Positions 1 to 10,347 of a stretch of 64,000 bases of DNA are shown here, in pieces. Below the pieces are notes generated by a model. That model was not told where the DNA came from, searched no databases, and saw nothing but the letters and a program-made list of their open reading frames with translations. How positions within the stretch are numbered: the stretch's first letter is position 1; the number at the start of each line of letters is the position of its first letter. The DNA is taken from positions 124,001 through 188,000 of the IMG/VR virus record IMGVR_UViG_3300031344_000002. One strand, 5' to 3'. A program made the position numbers and the translations under genes.

Positions 1-21
1 GAAAGTAATTTTAATAAGACC

Positions 22-2667
22 ATGCATAATGTTGCACCTGATGTTAAATTAAGTGAAAGTATCGTAATGAATGAAATTGATTCATATTTAAATGAAGAAG
101 ATTTTAAACTTAAGAAAAAAATATTTTCATTACCAAAAATGGAAGCATTAGTTTTTTCTGACCCAAAATTAAGTGCAGAATATAATAAAATGATGGGCGA
201 TGGTAAAGATGATAATACTGGAACAAATCGTTATGGATACCACGCAAACGAAACCGTTCAAAATATATTGTTCAACGACTATGTATTAAACAGTCCAAAA
301 TATTTACAAAAATATAAAATGGCAATACCTGTAAAAAAAGAACGCAGGGACCAAAGCGGAATCAATCAATTAAAACAAGCAGGAAAAGAAAAAATGAAAA
401 AGACAGATAGTACGGGAACTAAAATAGTCAAACCAACTGTTGATGAAAATGATGTGACAAAAACAAAAGTATTATTTTTAGTTAATGAAAAAGACCCAAA
501 AAATCCTGATTTATTTGCATATTTTCCTGAAGAAAATTATGATAATCGAGGAAATTTAAAAGTTGGATATTCTCATGTTGGTCAACATGGTGGGGTAGAC
601 CCAAGATATGCAAAAGAAAGTAGATTAGCAACTCCTGAAGAATATCAAAATCTTAAAACCGAACTTGAAAGTATTGGTTATAATTTTGATGTATTAAATT
701 CTACAAATGAAAGTACTGGTGCTGCAGGTGGTGCTGGTGCATTTAGTCCAGCATTAGGTTATGAAAAGAAAGTTAATGAAATGACTGGTACTGGTGGCGC
801 AGGTGGTGCTGGTGATTCTGGAAGTAATTCAAGTGGTTCTGGTGCATATGTTGGACCATCAGTATGGGGTAGTGGTGATTTGATGAAAGTTAATGGTAAA
901 TCAAAAGTAAAAACCAAACCAATGTTTCCCGGTGGTACAATAATTCAAGAAAATAAAAATTATCTTGTTGACCCAAGTGGTTTTGAAAATTTTGTTAAAG
1001 CATTAAATGAAGAAGACCTTTCATATCAAACAAAATTAGGTCAAGACTATAAACAATCACATACTGATAGTAATAAAGGATTGGGTGTTAGTGAAGTACC
1101 ACAATCAAAAGAACGTGAAAAGAGTAAAAAGGGAATTGATGATAACACATCATTATATATTGGTCAAGATGTTGATAAAATGCGAGATGATGATGTAAAA
1201 ATTCTCCATAATGATATGACACAGAAACATTCATATTTTCCACATCCAGATAATCCAAATTTAAAAAATGATGGAATTTCTGGAGTTAAAAATGAAAATA
1301 AAGAACATGAAGATAATGTAATAATTAATAAAACCAATGCTTTTAATAGTGATACTGTAAAAGATTGGGATAAAAATGATACCAATCTTGAAATGAAAAC
1401 ATTAAAAACAGGTAAAACCGATAATCCAAATCTAAATCAAATGGAAGAAAATAAAAAAATAGCAAAAGATGTTGAAGATTTTGCTTCAACAAAACATAAA
1501 AATTTGCCAGAAAAAGTAGATGAAGATTCTACAACAATGGCAAATGCATCAAAAATGCAACCTAAAGAAGATTCGATGTCTAATAAAATGGACAATACTA
1601 CAATGCCTATTGGTATACAACAACAAGGTGGTGGTATGAATGAAGAATTTAGTTTATTAGAAGAAATAAATAACGAATTGAATGCATATTCAATTCATCA
1701 TCAAAAATTAGTGAAAATGAGTGAAGATAGAAAACCATCTGCTTTGGTTCTTAGAGACCGTGTTGGCAGTGAAAATGAAAAAAACTTTAAGAAAGATTTA
1801 CAAAATAGTGATACCAAAGAAATTATTGACATCGAGAAGGAGTTGGAATGGAAAGACCAACAAAGTAATGTTGGCAAAGACCCACAAAAATTAGGGAAAG
1901 ATATCGAAGAAAAAGAAATTAAAACAACAGATGCTAAAGGTGATGAATCTTTAAAAGATGTTGGTGATAGTACAAACGATAATGGAGATGAAATTCCAAA
2001 ACGCAACATGACAACAGATGAGCAAGATGAAGTAAATATGTATCGTAATGGTCAACATAGTTTAGTATATGATAATGAACCCGGAAAACGTTTTGAAGAC
2101 CGTATGAAAAAAGATATGGGTGATAAAATTTATGATATGAGACAAAAACAACTTAAATTTAAAGGTAATCAGCCTCTTTATAACAAAGATAGTCAGCCAA
2201 TTGAAAAGGGTATCAATAAAACTCAATTTGATAAAGAAAAATCTGGATTTAATGATGGTAAGGGTCTTAATGAATCAATGATTACTGGTAGATATCATAA
2301 TGCATTAAATAAAAGATGTTTAATTGATTTTGCCGTAAATGAAGTTAAAATAATTACTGCAAATAAAATTAATGAAGGATTATTTGAACTTGACTTCACA
2401 GGTCTTGGTAATACATATAATGCAAAAACAATTGATAATAAAGTTGTTGTTAATGAGAATGTTGTTAAAATAATATCAGAACATAAATTTTATACCGATG
2501 GTAAAATAATATTTGCAATAAAAAATCTAGTTCAAAAATTAAATGAAAATATTGATAAAGAAAAACCTATGGTAAATGAACAATTTAATAAAATGAAACA
2601 TTTATTAAATTATAAGCCAGAAACATTTACTGATACGAATAATATAAAGAAAAATAGGGGATTTTAA
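22..2667 (+). CDS. large low-complexity protein, probable head-internal/virion protein with many (I/L/V/M)xE motifs; frame is open from base 1 so it may be 5'-truncated
   Basis: 881-aa ORF with Gly-rich linkers, repeated VNE/LNE/VDE motifs and a DUF3008-like segment DVEDFASTKHKNLPEKV. Confidence 0.55.
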   Translation: MHNVAPDVKLSESIVMNEIDSYLNEEDFKLKKKIFSLPKMEALVFSDPKLSAEYNKMMGDGKDDNTGTNRYGYHANETVQNILFNDYVLNSPKYLQKYKMAIPVKKERRDQSGINQLKQAGKEKMKKTDSTGTKIVKPTVDENDVTKTKVLFLVNEKDPKNPDLFAYFPEENYDNRGNLKVGYSHVGQHGGVDPRYAKESRLATPEEYQNLKTELESIGYNFDVLNSTNESTGAAGGAGAFSPALGYEKKVNEMTGTGGAGGAGDSGSNSSGSGAYVGPSVWGSGDLMKVNGKSKVKTKPMFPGGTIIQENKNYLVDPSGFENFVKALNEEDLSYQTKLGQDYKQSHTDSNKGLGVSEVPQSKEREKSKKGIDDNTSLYIGQDVDKMRDDDVKILHNDMTQKHSYFPHPDNPNLKNDGISGVKNENKEHEDNVIINKTNAFNSDTVKDWDKNDTNLEMKTLKTGKTDNPNLNQMEENKKIAKDVEDFASTKHKNLPEKVDEDSTTMANASKMQPKEDSMSNKMDNTTMPIGIQQQGGGMNEEFSLLEEINNELNAYSIHHQKLVKMSEDRKPSALVLRDRVGSENEKNFKKDLQNSDTKEIIDIEKELEWKDQQSNVGKDPQKLGKDIEEKEIKTTDAKGDESLKDVGDSTNDNGDEIPKRNMTTDEQDEVNMYRNGQHSLVYDNEPGKRFEDRMKKDMGDKIYDMRQKQLKFKGNQPLYNKDSQPIEKGINKTQFDKEKSGFNDGKGLNESMITGRYHNALNKRCLIDFAVNEVKIITANKINEGLFELDFTGLGNTYNAKTIDNKVVVNENVVKIISEHKFYTDGKIIFAIKNLVQKLNENIDKEKPMVNEQFNKMKHLLNYKPETFTDTNNIKKNRGF

Positions 2668-2705
2668 TTATAATATTATTATTTTTGTAAATTATAGAAT
2701 AATTT

Positions 2706-3797
2706 ATGTTGAAATTAACAACCGAAGATTTTATTAAAAAATCGAGGAATATTCATGGTTATAAATATGATTATTCATTAGTTAATTATATTAATAATCA
2801 TATAAAAGTCAAAATAATTTGCCCAAAACACGGAATTTTTGAACAGACAACATATACACATTATAATGGATGTGGTTGTCCTAAATGTGCTGGTCAATTT
2901 ATGAATACTAAATATTTTATTCAAAAAGCAAAAGAAAAACATAATAATAAATATGATTATTCATTAGTTAATTATATTAATAATTATATAAAAGTCAAAA
3001 TAATTTGCTCAAAACATGGTGAATTTTTACAAAGACCTAATGACCATTTATCTGATAAAGGATGTCCAAAATGTAATGGTGGTGTGAAATTAAATTGTGA
3101 GGAATTTATTGAAAAAGCAAAAATAAAACATAGCGATAAATATGATTATTCATTGGTTGATTATATTAACTCAATAACAAATGTTAAAATAATTTGTTCT
3201 ATTCATGGAATATTCAAACAAAAACCAGCCAATCATTTAAGAGGATGTATTTGTCAAAAATGTGCAGCAATAAAAAAAGCAAATAATCGTAAAAAAAGTT
3301 GTGAAGAATTTATTGAACAATCAAATAGAATTCACAATAATAAATATAATTATTCATTGGTTGAATACAAACATGATAAAATAAAAGTTAATATCATTTG
3401 TTCTAAACACGGTGAATTTTTACAAAAACCTAATCATCATTTAAACGGTAATGGATGTCCCAAATGTAATGATTCTAAAGGTGAAAAAAATATTAAAAAA
3501 TTCTTAATGGAAAAAGATATTAAACATGAATGTCAAAAAACGTTTAATAATTGTATAAATGAAAGAAAATTATTTTTTGATTTTTATTTACCCGAACAAA
3601 ATATATGTATTGAATATGATGGTGAACAACATTTTAAAATTGTTAAATATTTTGGAGGAGAAGTTGGATTTAATATACGACAAAAGAGAGACCAAATAAA
3701 AACTAATTATTGTATAGAAAACAACATAAATCTTATAAGAATAAGATATGATGAAAACATTGAAGATAAATTAACACCAATATTAATAAAAAAATAA
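2706..3797 (+). CDS. putative homing endonuclease: four Zn-ribbon repeats plus C-terminal Vsr/DUF559-like PD-(D/E)xK domain
   Basis: 4x KYDYSLVxY...KVKIICxxHG..F.Q...H..G.GCPKC repeats; FDFYLP..NICIEYDGEQHF nuclease motif. Confidence 0.8.
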   Translation: MLKLTTEDFIKKSRNIHGYKYDYSLVNYINNHIKVKIICPKHGIFEQTTYTHYNGCGCPKCAGQFMNTKYFIQKAKEKHNNKYDYSLVNYINNYIKVKIICSKHGEFLQRPNDHLSDKGCPKCNGGVKLNCEEFIEKAKIKHSDKYDYSLVDYINSITNVKIICSIHGIFKQKPANHLRGCICQKCAAIKKANNRKKSCEEFIEQSNRIHNNKYNYSLVEYKHDKIKVNIICSKHGEFLQKPNHHLNGNGCPKCNDSKGEKNIKKFLMEKDIKHECQKTFNNCINERKLFFDFYLPEQNICIEYDGEQHFKIVKYFGGEVGFNIRQKRDQIKTNYCIENNINLIRIRYDENIEDKLTPILIKK

Positions 3798-3826
3798 ATT
3801 TAAAACAATAAATAATATATAACAAA

Positions 3827-4195
3827 ATGGATATAACTACAATTACAAAAGAACAATTCGATACAGTATATAACAAATATTTACCAAATAAATGGATTAA
3901 ATTTGCCTATAAATATTTTTCAAGTGAAACTGAAAGAAAAAATATTGCATTAAAAAATACAATAATATATGTTTTATCCGGATTATTTGGTATTGGATTT
4001 ATATCGACAATTATTGGTTTATCCAAATCATTAATTATTACAATTACAATGATATATAGTATTTTACTTGCAATACTTGTGCTTTATTTATTTATTGCTG
4101 TTTTTCTTAATAATCTTAGGACAAATAAAATCTGTAAAGAACTTGGTGTAACTAAAGAAGAATATGATGATTTAGTTACAAAATTTTATAGCTAA
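3827..4195 (+). CDS. hypothetical membrane protein (2 TM)
   Basis: two hydrophobic segments; lies just upstream of the lysin. Confidence 0.6.
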   Translation: MDITTITKEQFDTVYNKYLPNKWIKFAYKYFSSETERKNIALKNTIIYVLSGLFGIGFISTIIGLSKSLIITITMIYSILLAILVLYLFIAVFLNNLRTNKICKELGVTKEEYDDLVTKFYS

Positions 4196-4220
4196 TTTAA
4201 ATTTTTTGTATTAAATTTGT

Positions 4221-4249
4221 AAAGGACATTGATATAAGTGTCCTTTTTT
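4221..4249 (+). terminator. intrinsic terminator
   Basis: AAAGGACA-10nt-TGTCCTTT hairpin running into a T-tract. Confidence 0.6.
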
Positions 4250-4280
4250 GTTTAACAGTATTTATGAGAAAATTAAAGTT

Positions 4281-4958
4281 ATGGCAAGTACAATTTCAAA
4301 ACAACGATTAGAAAATTTAAATTGTGTCCTAGGACTCGATTGTTCTAAATATCAAAAAGATATAACTTGGAATAAAGCAAAAGCTGCGGGAATTGATTTT
4401 GCAATTATAAAATCTACGGAAGGTGATTATTACTCAGAAGATAATATTTATAATGTAAAAAACAGGGTTCTTAGTGCACAACAAAATAACATAAAAATTG
4501 GTTATTATCATTTTGCCAGACCTTCGCTTAATATTAATCCTGTAGATAATGCAAACGCTGAAATACAAAATGTATTAAATCATTATAATATATTACCAAA
4601 ACCTAATTTTCCATTAGTTTTGGATATTGAAGCATATGCTAATAATGTGATTTGGAACGATACTGACCATATGAGCAAATATATTACAGCATTTATTAGT
4701 GGATTAAAACAACACGGTATTTCAGTAATTATTTATTCATATAGAAGTTTTATTGATACGAATACCAATCATTTATTTGGGATGCATTCACTATGGCTGG
4801 CATCCTATTTAGATGACCCAGAAAATTATCAACCAGCAATACCACAAGGATGGAATGAATGGAAAATCTGGCAATTTACTGAAAAAGGACAAATTGATGG
4901 TTATGTTGGCGATATTGATTTGGATATAATGAAGAAAGATTATTTTAATAATTTCTAA
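4281..4958 (+). CDS. GH25 muramidase (endolysin)
   Basis: LDCSKYQ, IKSTEG, YYHFA, LDIE, IWQF, DIDLD motifs of GH25; ATG 4281 preferred to TTG 4248. Confidence 0.9.
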   Translation: MASTISKQRLENLNCVLGLDCSKYQKDITWNKAKAAGIDFAIIKSTEGDYYSEDNIYNVKNRVLSAQQNNIKIGYYHFARPSLNINPVDNANAEIQNVLNHYNILPKPNFPLVLDIEAYANNVIWNDTDHMSKYITAFISGLKQHGISVIIYSYRSFIDTNTNHLFGMHSLWLASYLDDPENYQPAIPQGWNEWKIWQFTEKGQIDGYVGDIDLDIMKKDYFNNF

Positions 4959-5386
4959 TGAGTAATAATACTCAAAAACATATTATAGTTAAAGATAGGG
5001 TTGAAATCTATAAAGATTTTGCCATGAATTTATTATATTATATTTTTAATTATTATCTTGATAAAGAAAGTTTAAGTGTTGATGAAGATATTCGTAATCA
5101 CTATTTATGGTGTTTTAATAAAGTTTGTGAAGAATTTAAACAAGAAAATATTGATTTCACCCAAAATAAAGAGTTAAAAGAATATTTTTTTGCATATTAT
5201 TATCACCAATTTTATAAAGTTAACAATAATCAAGATATATCAATAGGATATTATGAAAGATTTTGGAAAAACATATTCGAAATCAATAATCAAAAAAACA
5301 AAAACATAATTAATATTCTAATTGAAATATATAAAATTTATGATACATCAATTTGTCAAGAAAATAATATTTTAGAGATTGTTTAA
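4958..5386 (+). CDS. hypothetical protein
   Basis: ORF overlapping the lysin stop codon. Confidence 0.6.
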   Translation: MSNNTQKHIIVKDRVEIYKDFAMNLLYYIFNYYLDKESLSVDEDIRNHYLWCFNKVCEEFKQENIDFTQNKELKEYFFAYYYHQFYKVNNNQDISIGYYERFWKNIFEINNQKNKNIINILIEIYKIYDTSICQENNILEIV

Positions 5387-5464
5387 AAATCCTTGCATAT
5401 TGTATTTATTGTTATTAAATTTACAAGCATAAAAAATAATTTTATTTTAAAACTATAAAGAATT

Positions 5465-5725
5465 ATGGCAAATTTGAAACTTGATTTATTAAATAAATTA
5501 AACAACGACAAGTATTATGAAGAACTTGAATTAGTACGTCTTGCATCAGACCCTAACACAAATTATAAAGAAAAAATTGATAATATGGCATATAGACTTC
5601 AAAGTATTTCAATTTTGAATGCACAAATTGGTTTGGTTGGACAATATTTTCAAGAACCTGCTCCTGCAGTAAATATTCAGCAACCAGTAGCACAAGTACA
5701 TCAAGGTCAGAGTCATGGTGAATAA
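5465..5725 (+). CDS. hypothetical protein
   Basis: ORF track; coupled to the next gene. Confidence 0.6.
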   Translation: MANLKLDLLNKLNNDKYYEELELVRLASDPNTNYKEKIDNMAYRLQSISILNAQIGLVGQYFQEPAPAVNIQQPVAQVHQGQSHGE

Positions 5726-5923
5726 ATGAACATATTTATTGAAACATATCGATTTTTATTTATATCTTCCATCATTTTTATGATATATATCTTTGGTGAT
5801 TTAATTATAAAAATGATTGGGAGGTTTTATCTAAATAAAGAAACACAATTTGTTTTAACAACACCTGAAAAAATCATATTATGGATTTCTTTGGGAATAT
5901 TTTTTACATATTTAATCAAATGA
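5726..5923 (+). CDS. small membrane protein
   Basis: two hydrophobic segments. Confidence 0.55.
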   Translation: MNIFIETYRFLFISSIIFMIYIFGDLIIKMIGRFYLNKETQFVLTTPEKIILWISLGIFFTYLIK

Positions 5924-6447
5924 AAACAATTAATTTAGCATTACAACCAGTAGAAGGACACTTAATTTCAATGACTCGAAATACTGTTAATGGATGGTAT
6001 GAAATAGAAGTTGGATTACCAAGTAGTTGGGTTTTTGATGAAAACAATGAAATTAAATGTGAAGTTTTGGCTGAAGATAAGACAGGTAAATTAATAAAAT
6101 TATCGCCAAAAAATCAGAATATTATAATTGATGATTTAATTACTTTTGTTGAAATTATTATTAATACCAATAAGAAAATTGCTGAGAAGGAAGAAGAATT
6201 TAAATTGCAAATGGAAGAAATGAAAAAAGGTCTTGAAAAAAAAGCAAGTGCATTCTTTAAAGAATTGGATGAATTGAAAGAAAATTCATTTAAAAAAATT
6301 AATGATAATTTTGTTAAAAACATACATAAATCTGATGAAGATGAAAAGAAAATAAAGAAAAATAAACAACCTAAAATAATATTACCTTCCGGAGAAACAA
6401 GTACAACCAAAACAACAACAGAATTATTAGAAATAGGTGAGGAGTAA
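5920..6447 (+). CDS. hypothetical coiled-coil protein
   Basis: ATGA overlap with the previous gene supports a start at 5920. Confidence 0.6.
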   Translation: MKTINLALQPVEGHLISMTRNTVNGWYEIEVGLPSSWVFDENNEIKCEVLAEDKTGKLIKLSPKNQNIIIDDLITFVEIIINTNKKIAEKEEEFKLQMEEMKKGLEKKASAFFKELDELKENSFKKINDNFVKNIHKSDEDEKKIKKNKQPKIILPSGETSTTKTTTELLEIGEE

Positions 6448-6495
6448 ACCTTTTTTGTTTTAAAATTTTAAATCAATAAATTATGAAAGGCGGAT

Positions 6496-6846
6496 ATGAT
6501 TTTTATGAAATCAAAAGAAGAAATTGAAAATATGAAAACTTTAATGAAAAAATATGTAGATGCTGGTGTTTTTCAAAACAAAATTATTGTATCATCATCA
6601 CCATCAGTTTGTAATTGGTCATTATCAAGGAAATGCTTGGTTGGCGAAAATGGTATTGAACCATTAGAATTATTAGATAATGGTGATGGAAACAAACGAT
6701 TATCATTTGAAAACAATAGAATGGTTTCGATGCAAAATAGAACTGAAATAAATGTTGATGAAATTAATAATTCAAATGGTATAATTATTTCAGATGCAAC
6801 TTATGGAAAACCATATTTTAGATTTGGATTTATACCAACAGAATAA
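6496..6846 (+). CDS. hypothetical protein preceding the first attC-like site
   Basis: ORF track. Confidence 0.55.
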   Translation: MIFMKSKEEIENMKTLMKKYVDAGVFQNKIIVSSSPSVCNWSLSRKCLVGENGIEPLELLDNGDGNKRLSFENNRMVSMQNRTEINVDEINNSNGIIISDATYGKPYFRFGFIPTE

Positions 6847-7026
6847 TGTTAAATCGAAGCACTATGGTAGCATTGTGTATAATGGTTCGCAGCTCATATA
6901 AAGGCAGGGTTTAAAAGGCACTTACCTGTCCAGTTACAAAAATTAACCAAGTGCCTGAAATGTTGGCAAACAACAACACCCCTGCTTTTATATGAGCTGT
7001 TGTTATAGCCAGTTAATTTTAATAAA

Positions 7027-7215
7027 ATGGAAAAACACAACAAAAATGATGAAACACGGCAACTTGGATACTATTGGGTTGAATGGGAAGATAAAGGCAA
7101 TTGGTTAATATTTTGGTTTAATCAAGGATATTGGCAATGTGTTGCAATGGGGGAAATAGAATTGAATGATGACTATATTTTATCAGTTGATGAAACCAAA
7201 TTGATTCACCATTAA
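7027..7215 (+). CDS. cassette-borne Trp-rich hypothetical protein
   Basis: single ORF filling cassette A. Confidence 0.55.
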   Translation: MEKHNKNDETRQLGYYWVEWEDKGNWLIFWFNQGYWQCVAMGEIELNDDYILSVDETKLIHH

Positions 7216-7344
7216 TTGGCTATAATGAAAAGCATATGGTTAGTAAGCCATACGCAAAATTATCAAATTAATATTAACCAACAACATTTATTTGAAAGTA
7301 ATGAAATAATTGCTTATATTTGTTGTTATAAAATCGTAAAAATT

Positions 7345-7530
7345 ATGGAACAGAAAAAGTTAGTAGAACAGTTGATTAAGGCAGCAAATGAAATTTATAA
7401 AAATAGAAAACCAAGTGCTAATTATATTCAACTAAGTGAAGAATTCATATAACAACAGGCAGATGAACGAGAAATTTCATTTGATGACATGGTAGAAATT
7501 ATCAAAAAAGAACTGATGTCTAATGAATAA
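7345..7530 (+). pseudogene. cassette-borne small gene with an internal TAA at 7450-7452
   Basis: MEQKKL...EEFI*QQADERE...MSNE*; the frame continues to the cassette end. Confidence 0.5.
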
Positions 7531-7633
7531 TTTTTATGTTTTATAACGGTGGCAAATATATTGTCGTTTTAATGCAATATATTTGTTGTTATAAGTATGT
7601 ATTATTTTTGTTTTACCTTATAAAAACTAAATT

Positions 7634-7879
7634 ATGAAAAGAACATTTTTAAAAGTTACAAAGAAGAAATTAAAAGAAATGACTTGCACTTTTTATGGTG
7701 CTGGAAAACAACTACAAAATAATGATAAGGTTTGTAGTGGATTTACAATAAACTATGCAAATTTGAATGGAACACCATCATCAGAATATAATCCAAATGA
7801 AATAACCTTATCATTAAAAATGTTCGTTGAAAAAGATGGTGTATTGTATGAATTATATAAAAATTCAAAACAAAAATAA
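7634..7879 (+). CDS. cassette-borne hypothetical protein
   Basis: single ORF filling cassette C. Confidence 0.55.
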   Translation: MKRTFLKVTKKKLKEMTCTFYGAGKQLQNNDKVCSGFTINYANLNGTPSSEYNPNEITLSLKMFVEKDGVLYELYKNSKQK

Positions 7880-7996
7880 TATTACTTATAACTATTATAT
7901 ATAAAGTTATATACTTAACTATTTGATTGTGAACAATAAATATGATAATATTTTAAAGATTTGTTTTAAATGATTAAAAAACATAAAAACTAATAT

Positions 7997-8344
7997 ATGA
8001 ATAAAGATATATTATCGATTGATTATGATGATGATAATAAAGATATTACCGCTTTTAATAAATATCTTGAAACTGACCTAATTCGAAAGAAAAATCAAAC
8101 TGCTTTTGAAATTGAAAAAATGGGTAATCTTTATCTAAAAGAAATTGATAAAAAAAGAAAACAAAAGGAACATAAAAAAACAAAACTAATTCCATATATC
8201 ATAAAACATTCAAAAGGTATGTATGATATAGAGGAATTAAATTCATATAGTTTTGAAGATATTCGAGACATTCATAATAAAATAAAAAAAGAAAGTCTTT
8301 CATCAATTTCAAAATTTTTTCATTTTATTTTTAATGTTAATTAA
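7997..8344 (+). CDS. hypothetical protein
   Basis: ORF track. Confidence 0.55.
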   Translation: MNKDILSIDYDDDNKDITAFNKYLETDLIRKKNQTAFEIEKMGNLYLKEIDKKRKQKEHKKTKLIPYIIKHSKGMYDIEELNSYSFEDIRDIHNKIKKESLSSISKFFHFIFNVN

Positions 8345-8385
8345 ATATTAACCACATTTATATTGTAATAAATAAAAACATTAAT

Positions 8386-9213
8386 ATGAGTCAATTATTT
8401 GATACTGTATTTAATCCAAGTAGCATTTATGAACCAAATATGCGTTTCATTAATGTAAAATCTGTTCTTATTTATCCTACATTGGAAGAACTTAAAAAAA
8501 ATAACAAACCTTTGTTTGATAGTTGGAGTAATTTGTCAAAAACCAAGTATGGCTTTGATATGAATGTTACTCATAGTATTGCTGGAACAATGACAGATGA
8601 AACTCCAATATGTGCACAAAAAATATATGAGGACAATGCACCAAACTATCCTGAATATAGTAGAATTATTGCTATAACATATGCAAAGGTATTTGTAGAA
8701 GATAATAAGCCGAAAAGTAATATAATGAATTTTTTTGGGGAAGAAGAACATCGCATACTTGAACAATTTATGGAAGTGTTATATCAATTATCAAGTGATG
8801 GCGTTCAGTCAACCCCAAAATATTTTCCGATGCTTTGTGGACATAATATTATAAATCATGATATTCCTTTTTTAATTAAAAGATTTATTATTAATAAAAA
8901 TAAATTTGAAATAAAAAAGGGATTGCCATTAATTTTAAAAAAGTGTTTAAGTGCAAAACCTTGGGAATCTGATATTGTTGATACTGTTAATGTTTGGAAA
9001 TTTAATGGTTATGATTATATATCATTAATGCTTATTGCTGATTTTATGGGTCTTAAAAAAACAGTAGATTTATTACCAAATAATGAATTATCGAAATATT
9101 ATTGGAATAATGTCAAAGAAAAACCAGAAGAAACACTTAAATTTATATTATTACAATCAGCAACACAAACAAATCTTGTCATTCACCTCATGAATGAATT
9201 GAGACGATTATAA
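8386..9213 (+). CDS. PolB-related 3'-5' exonuclease-like protein (DnaQ fold, possibly degenerate)
   Basis: ExoII-like LCGHNIINHDIPFLIKR and VDTVNVWKF; ExoI/ExoIII acidic residues not obvious. Confidence 0.6.
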   Translation: MSQLFDTVFNPSSIYEPNMRFINVKSVLIYPTLEELKKNNKPLFDSWSNLSKTKYGFDMNVTHSIAGTMTDETPICAQKIYEDNAPNYPEYSRIIAITYAKVFVEDNKPKSNIMNFFGEEEHRILEQFMEVLYQLSSDGVQSTPKYFPMLCGHNIINHDIPFLIKRFIINKNKFEIKKGLPLILKKCLSAKPWESDIVDTVNVWKFNGYDYISLMLIADFMGLKKTVDLLPNNELSKYYWNNVKEKPEETLKFILLQSATQTNLVIHLMNELRRL

Positions 9214-9398
9214 TAATATATTTTATTCACTGAATAGAAGTGGTTTTAATCGATTTTAAGTCATAATTTGTTTTTAATGTCTTCTCCCATATATTTTCAC
9301 AAACATCACCTAAATCCTATCTCAAAACTCTATTTTGATGGTAATTTGATTTGATATCTTATTTTAAGGACATATAAAATAATAATTTAAGAATTTAA

Positions 9399-9698
9399 CT
9401 AATTAATCCATTTTAATACATCAATAAATTTTCCTTCAATATATGGTGCATCATAATAACTATCATATTCTTCTTCATCCATATAAGCACATTTTATTTT
9501 ATATACGCCATTGAGTAAATAATTAAACATATCAAACATAGTATTAAAGAAAATATATATTTTATTTTCATGATTGAAAATAAAAATAAAACTTTCTTTC
9601 CAATCATCATTATCTAATGAATGATTAATTATAACGCCTAGTGTTTTACTACCATCAGAGTATTGTTCTTCATGTGCTGATTTTAATTTTGTTTTCAT
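9399..9698 (-). CDS. hypothetical protein
   Basis: ORF track. Confidence 0.55.
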   Translation of the reverse strand: MKTKLKSAHEEQYSDGSKTLGVIINHSLDNDDWKESFIFIFNHENKIYIFFNTMFDMFNYLLNGVYKIKCAYMDEEEYDSYYDAPYIEGKFIDVLKWIN

Positions 9699-10347
9699 TC
9701 TTTTTTATATTTGTGTAAAATTTATTATTTGAGTGTCTTCTTAAAATATAATCAATATAATCAATTGTTTCTTGAATTGGTGGAACACCACGAAATTTAA
9801 TTACTTTTTTAATACCTGCATTATAACATGCAAGTGTTAATTTCCATGAATATTTATCACTATAACCTTTTGTACGCCAATAATCATGCAAATCTTTTAA
9901 CATTGTTAATCCAATATATATATTTTTTCGATTATAATCCAAATTAAGTGCATTAATATTAAGGATTATAGAATATGCATCTTCTGTTTCTGGCATAAGT
10001 TGAAAAAAACCTTTTGCACCTACAGGTGAAATAATAGTATCAATAAATTTTGATTCTTGTGATATTAATCTAAAAACAGTTCTTATTGGTAATTTAAATT
10101 CAATTGATTTATTATAAATATATTCAATATAATTAGTATCAACATATTTTGGAATTTTAATTTCTGCTTGAAACTCAATTGTATCAATCATTTTACATAG
10201 TTTTTCCAATCTCATTTGTTGTTTGATTTGATTAAATTTTGTTTCATCATTAGCTCTATTATAAATCCCAAACATACTAATACTACCAATATTTGTGGCA
10301 TTCATACAAGTAAAAAGAATTATAATTATAAACAATATTTTTTTCAT
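9670..10347 (-). CDS. lytic transglycosylase (SLT domain) with N-terminal signal/TM segment
   Basis: ISQESKF, GAKGFFQLMP, ACYNAG, PPIQETIDY motifs. Confidence 0.9.
   Translation of the reverse strand: MKKILFIIIILFTCMNATNIGSISMFGIYNRANDETKFNQIKQQMRLEKLCKMIDTIEFQAEIKIPKYVDTNYIEYIYNKSIEFKLPIRTVFRLISQESKFIDTIISPVGAKGFFQLMPETEDAYSIILNINALNLDYNRKNIYIGLTMLKDLHDYWRTKGYSDKYSWKLTLACYNAGIKKVIKFRGVPPIQETIDYIDYILRRHSNNKFYTNIKKNENKIKIST

Larger units (their letters stand above)
6876..7892 (+). mobile_element. integron-like gene cassette array with three attC-like palindromic sites and no integrase in the window
   Basis: Sites at ~6876-7008, ~7220-7331 and 7541-7594 begin with TATAAY and end with GTTATA. 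Each cassette's ends are inverted repeats: 7002-7017/7211-7226, 7325-7344/7529-7547, 7588-7614/7867-7892. Confidence 0.6.

Noticed and set aside
2706-3480. ~190-nt DNA repeats
   Set aside because: Degenerate coding repeats of the endonuclease Zn-ribbon domains
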